A stretch of DNA of 64,000 nucleotides, from NCBI GenBank assembly GCA_964199315.1, contig OZ116703.1:29946001-30010000 (forward strand), given 5' to 3'. The notes below the pieces were generated by a model. The model did not search any database. It was not told the origin of the DNA and saw nothing but the letters and a program-made list of their open reading frames with translations. The translations under genes were made by a program, and so were the position numbers. Positions 21,818 through 34,056 of the stretch are shown piece after piece. The stretch's first letter is position 1; the number at the start of each line of letters is the position of its first letter. Origin of the DNA: Orbicella franksi (Eukaryota).

Positions 21818-24800
21818 GTCGACTTGCAATTGCTGTGACTCGCTCGAGCGGCGATCCGATAACGACTGAGGTGAACACTTTGCAACAACTGTTTTCAATT
21901 TGAGATTTTGCCGATAGTCAGTTTTGACATCGCAAACAATCGCCAGTGACACGTGTCTATTGAAATAACCCCGCTACTGGCTGAGAAGATTCCGCAGTCA
22001 GGAGAGCAAAGTCCTTGTCAGCCTCGAGTAACTTCTGCCCCGCGACGAAACTAATTTCTGTCAAAAAACCGTAAAATTCGTGTTTAAATCCACACTCGGG
22101 GAACAGATCCGGAAGCTATAGCGAGAGTGGGTTATATATAACAATGAAATAGTATTTTCGTTCTGTTTGTTTTGGAAACATCCAGCAGTTCACGGGTTTT
22201 AAGAATGCACGTTTGAAGTACCTTAACATTAATGCGCTCAACTAAATCTCCATTATTTTTTGATATTTTCTTTCTAGAAATATGAGCAAAGAAAAATAAG
22301 TACTAAAACAATGAAGGTGCCGTTAATTACACTTATTTTTTCTCTTTTGTACTTGCTTTGTGTCAGATGTTTAAAAATATAGATGTTAATTTCGGCCCAC
22401 GCCTGATTGCGTTTTGCGATAAATGAATTTTTTTTAGAATTTCGGTGAATTTTAAAAATTTCAAGTCAGCGGGATATGATATTAGATCACGTACAAGTCG
22501 GTATAAAAGAAAAATAATAGCATTTAGCAGATCTTTGGGAAAATGTTGAACAGCACTTCAAAAAATCGTTACAAACAAAGATTTTGGGGTAGTTGTTTCA
22601 AAAGCATCTTGAAACGCAAGGCTCAACAAATTGTAAAAAAATATATTGCATCCCTGAACAGCTGTGAAAAAAATATGTCTTTGGTTTGTCAGTGTTCTCA
22701 TATAATGAAACGGCAAAGATTGAAGCTCTATAAAATGCAAACCAAACGCTTTCTCGTTTTCCAAACTTTCATTTATATATACATATAGTTAAACTTTGTA
22801 GTTCTTCTCTCTAACAGTTCTCAATTCCGTCTATAACACTTTCTCAGGGTCTTGAAGTCTTCAAGTGCCGCTGAGAGAAAATAATGCAATACATAAATGC
22901 AATAGATATACACAAAGTGGTTTGTAGCTCACGCAATGAAAACCATGTCCTTTGAGTATTTTTTTTTTCTAAAAAATAATTTTTTTCATCGATAGAAAAA
23001 AATTTTTGCGACTTTCTTTTCTTTTCGTAAGAATGCGAAAAATGTGCGCGAATGTATGACATGATACGTGACTCATTTTTCGCGCCAATCTCTGTCAACA
23101 AAATCATGTAATGAATTGTTTGCCTGTCTCATCGTGGAATAACAAGAATCGGATAATCAAAAGCGCGTATTTCATTCACCTTTGAAATTGGCTGAGAGTT
23201 CTGCCTGTGTTGACAATGCGTCAAACTCACCGAGGAACGTGATAAACGCTCAACTGATATCACCGGGATTCAACGTAAACATAACGTAAGACAACCAATG
23301 ATCAAAATCTGTTGTGATCCAATTTCGGACACACGCGCAAGGATATTTTGCATAGTTTGAAACATAATTCTGCTCATCTTAAAATTTTAAGTGCAAATAT
23401 ATCACACCCCTTGCTTGCGTTCAAAATCTTTGATTTCATGAGAGGAGATGCTATTCGTTAAGAGCATTTCGTGAGAGACAATGCTAAACGTTTGATGAAA
23501 GCATTTTCGTTGAATTATATATTCAGCCTGCAAACGCTACGAGTAACTAAATACATATGTAATACCCAGATTTTACTTCTGAATTATGTATATGTTATTT
23601 CAGTAAGAAATGAAAAACATGCTATTTAGAATGTTAGGAGGTACATGTTTAAGACTGCAATTCTCCGCTTGTAACTTAAAATTGATGTGTTCTCCTGTTG
23701 TTTCTCGTTTATAATAGCAAAATACAACTCCAGGCAAGTCTTTCAAAGGTTCATTTCCCATTTTTGACAGATGGGCTGACAACTATCACGTGCGTACATA
23801 TTGCCGCTTGGCAGAGATCAATAACTTCAGTGAAAATAACAATTTAAAAATTAGACTTGTACACTGAGGATAAAAATAACTCGATTGAGCTATGATTGTC
23901 CCCTAAAAATAACGCGAAGATTATGAAATAAAATCCCTTTAGGTGCTTCCGCTCTGGAAACAAAGAACAAAACAGACAAAATAAAACAAGAGTGAAAAAA
24001 AAAAAAAAAAAAATCATCTCGAAAAACATGTCTCATACAAAGTATTTTACAAACTCTTGAACACAAGTGAACGTGTTGAGAAGAACGTTTTTAGTTTTTA
24101 CTACTTGTCAGGGCATACAGCCAGACCAAGTTAAAGTTTCCTGTTCGGTGAAGGAAATGCGTGGGTCGATCAATTCTGTTTTATTTCAGGTAAATTTCGA
24201 GCCGGCTAATTAACGTTCAAGAACAAAATCAATAGCCGAGAGATCTACCATCGATAGTGAAGCGTACAAGGGACGAGTACATCTCCACGACTCTTTTCTC
24301 CATCATGCAGAGAAATAATCATATTTCACACCCGCTTCCACGTCCTGTTAGCCGCGTAACATTTCTTTAGAAATGCAACTATTTAGCGCATAAGGGGGCC
24401 GTGAAAAGCATGGAGTTCACAGTTTTCAAGAATAAACAGAAACGAACTTCTGATACTGGTAGTAGTGGTATTGCTAGAGTAGATCTGCCTGTCAGTTCTC
24501 AATTAAAAGGCGGGCAGGATAGAATTCGGTTTTATAGCAGCACTGAGCGAACCTTTGAGAGGGTTGGAATTCTCACATCATTTCCTTAATTTGCCATAGC
24601 GAAAGTCTTAGCATAAATCATAATCCCGCCCTCCTGAGGAGGGCTTAATCAGTGAAGTAAATAATTGCCTGGTTTGGAGTGGCGAAGAAGAGGAACACGA
24701 GATGTTTCGTCAGGTTTTCATTCGTACTAAATACACGTTAGACGAGTTTATTATTGTATGCTATTCCCGAATTTTCTAAAATCAATAACTTCCGTTTACA

Positions 24801-26007
24801 GAGAAACATTAAAAGAACGATTACATGTATGTGATTTCTGGCGAAATGCACCGTTCTATCGAGATTAAGTGTCGTTTTAAAATTCGTCGCTTTTTCTATA
24901 CTACTTTTGAAAGTAAGCGCCATTATGAAAACTGATATGTGAAAAATTTAACGATTATTTTAGTGGGTCTGAAGAGAAACAGGCAAAAAATAATTGTCTA
25001 TGATCTTAAATATTTTAATATACAGCCGAACCGTAGTAATTGCTTACTGCTAAATTAGCTCGGAAAGGCTAAGAAAGTTATGCCCCCTATGCATATAAGC
25101 CTTATTTTCAAGATAACCTCTCTTAATTATTATTTTAGGTATGGCTATTCGTGCACAGTGGTGTAGGATGAAAAAGCGCGTTAAGCCGCTTGGACCGGCA
25201 ATCTACGTGGTTAGAAAATTCCCCTGAGAAAATAAGCTACCTGTATTTCTAGACTCTCTTGGGTGCTATAAAAATAACTCTCTTATAAACCCTTCATCCG
25301 GCCTCTTCATGTTCTAAATGAGCAACTAACGAAAGCTATCCTTGAAGTACTTGCAGCCCTATGACAAGAAGGTGCTTATGAAACGTTCTACTGCACACTC
25401 TTTAGATTGATGTTTGATGTTGTTTATGGGGGGATGGTGCATGGTTTAGAAGGGGAACTAATCGTGAGTGTGTTGTTGTTGTTGTATCTTTGGATGCATT
25501 ACTTCTGAGAATTTTTTTTTTCTCCATTCAGTAATACGATGCATTGCAATATGAATTATCTAAAATCTTGTGCTGCAATACCTCCCAAAGAAGTTTAAAA
25601 CTTTGTACCTGTGCATAAAACTTACCGTGAAAGAAGTTTCGTGATATGTGGCTTTCGTCCAAAACTTACAGAAGCTGTTGTTTGGGAGTTCAGAGAATTA
25701 ACAATAGAAAAACCGATTTTGCATGCAATACTATACGTTACTACGTGACTAAACCATGTCATCAATTAATTACTCGCGTGTCCCATCAAATTTGGAGTTT
25801 ACGGAAACAAAACAACAGCTGTGATAGGAAAAAATCTTTAATTTAAGGTTGAAAGGTTTGTCAAAATTGTGCGTCATGTTTCACAATCACGTAACAATAC
25901 CTCAAATATTTTATCCGGTAATTCCACTCAAGCTTTTAAGAAAATTTCTTGCTGCCGGCAAAAATCAGGGTTTCGTGTGTCCAGACTGGCAATTTTAGCA
26001 ATATGTA

Positions 26008-26397
26008 GGGCGGCGTGCACACTGCGCCGGAGAAATTCGAAAACCCATCTTTATTTCTACTCCCCGGGCCGTCACGAAAACGAAGATTTTCGAAAACGCT
26101 CTTGAAACCGAAGGAATCTGAGAACGCCGGCTTTTCGTTTTTCGTGTGCACGGCAAACAATTTGAAAACGGAACTTTTCGAGAACGCTCTTCAAACCAGA
26201 GGAATTTCAAAGCGCCGGCTTTTCGTTTTTCGTGTGCAAGGCAAACATGTTGAAAACGGAGGTTTCCGAAAACGATGGCGTCACGGTAATCCTGCGTTTT
26301 TAAATTCATCCGGCGTAATGTGAACGGAAAATATTTGATGCGTTTTCAGAGTAAAACCTCCGTTTTCAAATTCCTCCACCGTACTGTGGCCGGGTCC
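26008..26397. mobile_element. Harbinger-type MITE with an internal 88-bp tandem duplication
   Basis: Degenerate TIRs (...CACACTGCGCCGGAGAAATTCGAAAAC / GTTTTCAAATTCCTCCACCGTACTGTGG...CC) followed by TAA. The internal unit recurs at about 26095 and 26183. Confidence 0.65.
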
Positions 26398-27577
26398 TAA
26401 TTTTTCTGTCGCCAGGAAAATTTTGTCAGATTGCGACATAATTAATTAAAAACTTATTTTTCGTGTAGCTAAAGGACAACTTGTGTACGTGGGCATTTTT
26501 CATAAACTAGTTAGGGGAAAAGATATAACTGTTTTGCTTTTTTTTTTTTTCCACGGTCTAGCTTTAGGTGGCATGAACAAATGCCAATGGTTATATTCTC
26601 AGCCCGCGTTACTAAAATTCGAGATTAGTTTTACGTTATAAGCATGTGAATTGACTATGAAAAGCTCGATCTCTATCTATATATAGATTTTTTTTCTGGA
26701 AGCGTTGAGTTGTATCCCTAGCGATGAGGTCCAGGTGATACGATAAGACTATCTCGAAAAATATAAATCGAAAAACACTTAAAGTTATTGAGAAGACTAT
26801 TTTTTAAAACTTGAATATAACTGGAAGCGTAAGTGGTAGAAGTTGTGATAGAGGAGATAAAAACGGCTTTATAGTACTCAAGCACCTTCACGAAGACTTG
26901 AAAGTTTATAAATTTTCACACCATTTTGACCTGCCGCATTATTGGAACTGCCTCAGGTTTCTTGAGATTCTATTGTTGAGCCGTATTAATTACTTTCAAA
27001 AGTTAATGATCGGACCTATAATGAAATAGGGACATGTAACAAGTCGTAACGAAAAAGTACAATCAAACATGAAGCAGTGATTGGAATGAATTTAGCCAAG
27101 ATCCCTAACACAAAGCTCTTCTCTTTATTAAAGTTTTTTTTACTTGTATAGTTTACAAGAGCGTCGGTCAATCCGCCTATTCACAAGCGCTTATCTGAAC
27201 GGCGGATCTTGACAACATATCCTTGATGATCAGACACTCTTACTACAGTTTTGTTACAAGATATGAACTTCCGCTAAAACTAGAGGTAAATTAACTTTCC
27301 CCCGACTGTCTAGTCTACTATTTTCATTAGTTCGTATAATCGTATTTTAAACGCGGCGGTAATGAAAAGAAGATAGCCCAGAGCCTGTTGAACTCAAAGT
27401 TTAATCTGATTTTGATTTCCGACTGTTGATTTATCGTAAAATCTCATATTCAGAACGATTGGTGGGGGACGCGGCAGAACACCAAACGGAGATTCGTGGA
27501 AAAGTCTGTCTAAAACAACAGGGGTCATTCCTCAAGGGAGAGAGGCACAGGGATCCCAAATAATGTTGTCTAAATAA

Positions 27578-27867
27578 AGGGTGGACCATTTGACTTTTGA
27601 GGGGGGATGGGTAATTTGGTAAAGTCTTTTTTTTTTTTTAGCCCTTTCATGCACTAGGATTTTTTTTTTCTTGTGACGTGTGCATGAAGGGTATTATTTT
27701 CTCCGTGTAACGGCCTTTTTAGGCTCACTGAACGTGTGTGAATTTGTTTTCTTGGCAATGGTCGTGAGCATGAATCCTCAGTTCTTTTGGTACAACTGTG
27801 CTTACAGGATGCTTTTTTTTTTCGAATCACTCCCCACCCCCTTTCAGTCCTTAAATCATCCACCCCT
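27578..27867. mobile_element. MITE (GGACCATT..GAGGGGG family)
   Basis: Degenerate inverted termini AGGGTGGACCATTTGACTTTTGAGGGGGG / CCCCCTTTCAGTCCTTAAATCATCCACCCCT. A related element lies at 30281-30551. Confidence 0.5.
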
Positions 27868-28225
27868 AATGGGACTTGGCAGACAAGCTCGAAAAGGTTT
27901 GCGTTTAATCAATCTCTCAATTATGGTAAAGGTAAATTCTCCTCACTGAAAACTGAAACACCCCTGACATAATGTTTATTTAAAGTATTTGCATTTTTGT
28001 CAGTCTCGAGAGTGTATAGTTAGGAAGAACAATTATTTCTTAGATTAAAAAAATACCATCTGGTTGTAAACGATTTTTGAAATGATGTTCAATTGTTGTT
28101 TGCTATTACATTAGCTGAAAGGGAGAGCTTAACGCTCGAACTTTTCAATCTAAAACTCTCCGGTAGTTAATTTATTAGAAGAATGCTTGCACTATTTATT
28201 TTACGATAATCCGTTCTACTTAAAC

Positions 28226-29185
28226 TTAGTTTACACTAGAATTTTCCAGTCTAGTCGAAGAGCGCAATTCAATGGAATTCTTTTCTTTTGACTTGTTTGT
28301 AAGGTGAAAACTTTTGGTTTTCCAGTGTAACAGCCTCTGCAAAGATCGTCTGAATCTCTCGCTGCGAAGACTGTACAAAAATGGATTCACTGTTGAGTTC
28401 AAGCAGACCAAAACTGTGCCAACCTTGTACGCAATGGAGCCATACTTGAAGCCAAAGTACGAAAGAACATAAGTGACCGTGTCAGGCAGGAGAAACACTC
28501 CGTGAAGAACTGTGACAATCAACAGAAGTTTGGTGACGTTCTTTCTTTGTTGTAGCAGCACTACCTGGGTTGAGCTGGAACTTTGACGGTTCCAAAGCTT
28601 ATGAATTACTCTTCCGTAGAGAACAGCCATAAAGGTAAACGGGAAAGCGAAGTCAATGAAAAATGTCATCAACGTGTAAGCCTTGGCATATCCAATGTCC
28701 GGCCATTCTTCAATACAAATTTCGTGTCGCTTGCTGTACTTCATTACTACAATTGCCGGGATCTCAGACACGACTGCCACTAACCAAATCGCTAAGATTC
28801 CTCGTTTTACTTTCTGTGCTGTGAACCTTCGAGTATTGCTATGTGGAAACAAAATGGAGTTGTACCGTTCAAAGGCGATTAAAACCAGTGTAAAGACTGC
28901 AGCGGCTGTTCCAATCCAACTCAGGCTTCCTCCAGTCGCGACCTTACATAGAAGGTCACCCAGTAAAGCACTAGGGTGCTGAAGGAATGGACGAAAAATA
29001 TACTGCGGCGATACGAAGAGGGCGAATGCCATGTCAGCAGCGGCAAGGTTTATCAAGAGATAGTTCATTGGCATTCTCATGGATTTGGTTCGGAGCACAA
29101 CAACACAAACCAAAGTATTCCCTAGCAGATTTACAGCCAGAAGGATAGAGAAAATTACCATGAGAATAACCTCTGTGTACGACAT
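28226..29185 (-). CDS. Intronless class A (rhodopsin-family) GPCR, neuropeptide/QRFP-receptor-like, 319 aa
   Basis: Seven hydrophobic segments. GN (TM1), NLAAAD (TM2), Cys in TM3 and ECL2, ERY (TM3), W (TM4), P5.50, LP (TM6), NSTVNPFLY (TM7) and helix 8 FRRSL. ATG to stop with no interruption. Confidence 0.93.
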   Translation of the reverse strand: MSYTEVILMVIFSILLAVNLLGNTLVCVVVLRTKSMRMPMNYLLINLAAADMAFALFVSPQYIFRPFLQHPSALLGDLLCKVATGGSLSWIGTAAAVFTLVLIAFERYNSILFPHSNTRRFTAQKVKRGILAIWLVAVVSEIPAIVVMKYSKRHEICIEEWPDIGYAKAYTLMTFFIDFAFPFTFMAVLYGRVIHKLWNRQSSSSTQVVLLQQRKNVTKLLLIVTVLHGVFLLPDTVTYVLSYFGFKYGSIAYKVGTVLVCLNSTVNPFLYSLRSERFRRSLQRLLHWKTKSFHLTNKSKEKNSIELRSSTRLENSSVN

Positions 29186-30280
29186 CCTATCAGAAGGCCC
29201 CTGGATAAGGCAAGGATAACTAAAAGCTGCTGCCTTTTCAGCCTTTGAGTTTCGGCTGTGTCACGATTTTCTCGTTCCAGTTGAAACTTTTTGACTATTG
29301 ATTGTTGAGGCCTTCAGAGAATTAACCAAGGCAAACGCTCATTCTAAATAGTTCATCAGTTGAAACTGCTGATTTCCTACTGAGCAGTATTATAATTTTT
29401 CGCATAAGCTGTTCATTGGCTCTCCTTTTCTAGTTTCGATCAGTGATAAAAACGAAAGGCAACTGGACGAAAATGAAAATCTGAACGTTGCATTTATTTG
29501 GCCACCAACCAAATTTGAAGTTTTTGGCCAACTCCCTGGTATAAAGATTATTTTCTACCCCAGTGCTGTTTCTACGAGAGGCTTGGATTAACTCATCCCG
29601 AGCGCTTTGCGTTATGGCTAACACGTGAATTTTTTCGCCCATTTATTTCTTTTTTTGTTTTCCTTTTTTTTTAACACGCGACCGCAAGGATTCCATTTTC
29701 AACAACTAAAAAGGCATTACGGCCATACGCCTACCTTTATAACCAGTTCTTCAACAGGTGCTACCAACTGGAATCCAGTTATCATTGTAGAAAGAGTATG
29801 GATGAAGGTATTAACAAGTGAAGTTCCACCCTACCGGGAAGAAAGTAAAATATTTCCCATCGCGGCCAGCACCGTTGTCCAAAATGTTTATCTTACATGT
29901 ACCTTCCATTGTTTTGAAATGTGACTGTATGTTGTTTGTTATTTTCGTTACATTTACCTTCATTCCTTTATTGCTAAATTTTCTTTTAATTTTCTACAAA
30001 TTCGTCCTGTTTGGACACACATTTTACATTCTTGACATTAGAAAGCGTGCATCAAATCAAAACACAAACTAAAACCTCAGGCTTCAGTACTACACAGAAA
30101 CACAAAGTATATATGATGACGTAAAGTTGTAACTTTTCACAATAATTTCAACACGCGAAATCTCTTAGCATGTCTCAATGTACATGTATACGAAATGTCT
30201 TAAAAGAATACAGCAATCTTACGTTCAAGGCAATTTGCTTTTATAATCTTGCAGTTCTTTGTTCTTATGACGCACATTAC

Positions 30281-30551
30281 ATATGGACCATTATATTTTT
30301 GAGGGAGGGGTAGGGGAAGTTATGCAAGCAGCAAGAAAAAAATCCTGCACAATAAAGTAGTAAAAAATGTAACATAAAAAGTGTAAAGAGAGCCACACAA
30401 AAGAAAAATATGGAATAAATATAACAAAAAAACAAACAACCACACACACGTGCACACACAGACATTGAACAAAAATAAAAACATAGTTGCTCGAAAACAC
30501 TGTCCAACTCCAAACCCCCCCCCCCCCCCGGGAAATGTAATGGTCCATCTC
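30281..30551. mobile_element. MITE (GGACCATT family)
   Basis: Inverted termini ATATGGACCATTA / TAATGGTCCATCT with G-rich and C-rich subterminal runs. Confidence 0.5.
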
Positions 30552-30968
30552 TGGTGTTGATAGTAAAATCACTTGCTGATCGCTATCAGAGAAAAAATGA
30601 TTAAGAGTGCATTAGGGCTGTGCTCTAGAAGCTCCCGGTTGCCACAGGCGACTAACTCTTGTCTTTGGGTGACTGGGAAAACTTACTTTTTAAACTTAAG
30701 CTTAAGTGCTGGGCACCCAGGATTTCATGGTTAGGAACCCTTGGGCTCATCGTAATGTTTCTTACACCACAGCCTTGGTGCATGATCTACTTCTAATTTC
30801 TCATTTAAAAAGACAGGCAGATTGAGGGATAGTCTTGATCCACCTCTGCATTCTCAGAACTGACATTAAACCAAATGTGTTATGGTCAGTAAGGAGAATT
30901 TACACTTTGAATTTAAGATGGAACTGTGAACTTATTTCAACTATGCAGTCCTCAATCCAAGGAACTGG

Positions 30969-33900
30969 TTACTTCATCATAGTGTACAACTGTTTGATCT
31001 CCTTCTTGTAAGTGTCTTCAGATGCACATGGTGTCTCCAAAATCATAGGGATACCATTAAACCTTGGATCTCTCATTAAACGTCGGAATGCCTCAACTCC
31101 AATCTTTCCCTTGCCAATATTTTCATGTCTGTCTAAATGACAGCCGATCTCTCCCTTAGAGTCATTCAAGTGAACTGCCCTCAGGTATTTGAGGCCAATG
31201 ATAGCGTCAAATTCATCCATCGTTTTTGACAAACCTTTCTCTGAAGCAATGTCATACCCTGCGGCAAAGGCATGGCATGTGTCCAGGCAGACAGCCACTC
31301 GAGACTTGTCCTGTACACGGTCAATTATGTCTCGCAACTCTTCAAATTTGCCACCAATCTGTTAAAATAGAGGAGAACACTACTTAAACATATTACATAC
31401 ATAAATAAGCAATGTACTGTAGTAATGTTATTTCACACAGTTTACATGAATACTCTGGAGGTTTGACTATATGTTGATATATAAGGGATGTTTACTTGTC
31501 TATGGCTTGTAGGCTTTGCACTTGGGTCAATGATAGAATAGATGAAAACAACAACAACAACAACCTCCCCTGTATCATTTATGGAAAAATATTCATTCTG
31601 GTATTATGTTGTTCAATTACCCTCCCAGAGAGGTGGAGGGAGGGGGTGACCACCCTGATCTTTTTGGAAATTCTAGATTTGGCTCATACTTTCCTTTACA
31701 AATTTTGGCTTTTGAGACCCCCTCCCTCTCAAAATTCCAAATAATTCTCCTTAGGGTGGGTATGGATATTTTCTGAAGCAACAAATTATTTACATATGAT
31801 GTTTTGTGCCACAGATATAGTTTCAAATCACTAGTATGACCTGCACATGTACATGGTACTGTACAGAGATTATAAAATATCACATGTATCACACCATTGG
31901 CAAGACATAGTAAGTCACACTAAAAACATTTACCATTTAACATTTAACTTCAGTCAGTTTCCATTGCAGAAAAATGAGAAGGAGTACAGTGGAGCCCCAC
32001 CTTACACCCAGTTAATATGGCCACATCATTATTACGGCCCCTTTATTCTAGTCCAAACAGAAGCTCAGGTAGTCAGTTAGTTATTTAAAGAACCCCTTTA
32101 ATATGGCCATCCCGTTAACATGGCCAAATTTTTGTGGCCTGTTGGTGACTGGATTGACGAGGTTCCACTGTATTGCTACTCCCCCTGTGTGGGACTTAGG
32201 GTTTGCAGGCAAGCCAGAGTCATATTTTCCAGGTTGGACAGACAATTCACTTTTACATGTACATGTACTTTATATCCCTGGGTCAAGAGAGGCACTGAGT
32301 GGGTCAAGTTACAGGTCAAAGAGAAAACAAAGGCTCCTGCCCAGTTCTAAGACCCACCCACACAATGCCTCTCACCATAGCACTAGAGGGCAGTAAGACA
32401 GGGCTGTCCAATAACACCTCCCACCATCTAGGTTAATAATGGAAAACTACTGACAATACTGTATATGCCTGCCTAAATTCTGGCTGGGCTATAAAAGCAC
32501 TGGGTGCTGCGACAAATAATTGGGGCAATCTGGTAATTATGCTGGAGATTTTGAATTTTTGTAATCCCTTCTGGCAACAGAAATTAGAGTAAGGGCTGAA
32601 GTCAGTTTTCCTGCTTTATTGATCTCTAATACTGACCTCCCCTTGAGCAACCCTAAAACACAGAATCTGGAATTCAGAATCCGGAATCCAGAATCCTCAT
32701 TTGCTAACTTGTTCGGTAGCTACTAGACATGAGGGCCAAATATATACCTCTGGCAAATTGCAGATCACTTAAACAAAATGGCTATTACCAGAAAACTCAT
32801 TTTAGTCGCTCACAGAGTGCTGAGAATCAAATTTTGACATACGTTAGTATAGATTCTCATAATCATAGCCCTCACAAGAAATAACAGTTGCATGAATTTC
32901 CACAGGTGGAGGATCATTGTTTCAAAAGAGGTGAAGTGTGAGAAGTCGTTTTTTTCTTGGTCTCTTAATTTTTCATGTAATTGAAGAACTTGTTTTCTTT
33001 GATTTGTGGATTCCGGATTCCGAATTCCGAATTCCGAATTCCAGATTCTAGGATTCCGGTTCTGGATTCCGGATTCCAGTTTCGGGATTCCATGTTTTAG
33101 GGTTGCCCCCTCCCCTCACCCCACCCACCTCCTCATGAAGAAGAGAAAACTCTTATTGACTAATGACATAACAAAAGATACTACTCACAGTATTGCCTTG
33201 GCAGCTCATATTTTCTAAGACAGTAACAACAAATTTTGTTTCCTTGTGTGCCAAATTGATGCTTTCAGCTATCTTCTCAATGGATTCTTCAACTGTGATT
33301 TTGCCACAAGTTGAGCCTGGATGGAAATTGTACAGACAGAGCCCCAGCTTTTCACAGCGTTGCAGCTCATCCACAAGGGTGGATCGGCTTTTAGAGAGCG
33401 TTTCCTCGTCTGGAGATCCACAGTTCATGAGGTAAATACCATGTGGAAGAATCGAATGTGGAGAGAAGTTGGCTTTGGCACAAGCTTCTTTGAAGAGTTG
33501 GGCTGCTTTGTCTTCCAATGGTTTGCTTTTCCACTGGCGCTGTGATCTCAAGAAAAGCCCAAAAGCTTTAGCACCTATAGCCAGTGCCTCAGCCACTGCA
33601 TTGTGGAGCCCTCCACCAATAGACACATGAGCTCCAACAAGCTTCTCCTGGTTAAACAATGACTGAATGTCATCTTCATATTTTATCGCCGTGTGCACAT
33701 CCGAATCGTCTGTTTTCATTCTTTTGATTTTGGGTTTAACTTTTTCTTCAGTGATAGCTGAGCTGTTCAGTGTACTCACTTTCTGTTCATTTTCGTCTTG
33801 ATCAGTAGTGCTTTTCTCTCGGGTCCGTTTCGTCGCCGTGGATTTCTGGGGCTTTCTCGTTCCCGCCTTTTCCTCTTTTCCCGTAGAGTTTGTTGCCGAT

Positions 33901-33986
33901 GTCGATCCTGAGATTTGCGCAACTTCAGCAGCTCGAGAAGTTATTTCATCGACTGCTCTAGCTGCCAAACGAACACTCCGTCTCAT
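30969..33986 (-). CDS. apn-1: AP endonuclease of the endonuclease IV (Nfo/Apn1) family; join(33986..33189, 31358..30969), 395 aa
   Basis: Signature motifs GAHVS, HGIYLMN, NFHPGS, VLENM, CLDTCH, VHLNDSK, DRHENIGKG and ILETP. A phase-0 intron (ACT|GTGAGT ... TTTTAACAG|ATT) restores ENMSCQGNT-IGGKFEEL. Confidence 0.95.
31987..32170. mobile_element. Tc1/mariner-type MITE (TA TSD) in the apn-1 intron
   Basis: TA|CAGTGGAGCCCC ... GAGGTTCCACTG|TA. Same family as 51529-51962. Confidence 0.7.
32645..33108. mobile_element. MITE with 7-bp (GGATTCC)n subterminal arrays in the apn-1 intron
   Basis: TIR GAGCAACCCTAAAACA / TGTTTTAGGGTTGCCC. GAATCC-type repeats on the left and GGATTCC-type repeats on the right, in inverted orientation. 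CCTCCCCT occurs at 32636-32643 and 33109-33116. Confidence 0.7.
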
Positions 33987-34029
33987 GTTGAATACCTGGT
34001 CTCAAAAAGACTCAAAGAAAAGTAGCAGC

Positions 34030-34056
34030 CTATACAGTTCTGGCCGCCATCTTTTT
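34030..34056 (-). promoter_or_regulatory. YY1-type motif / 6-codon uORF (MAARTV) upstream of apn-1
   Basis: The minus strand reads AAGATGGCGGCC (YY1 consensus). Its ATG (34050) opens ATG GCG GCC AGA ACT GTA TAG, out of frame with the main ATG at 33986. Confidence 0.4.
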
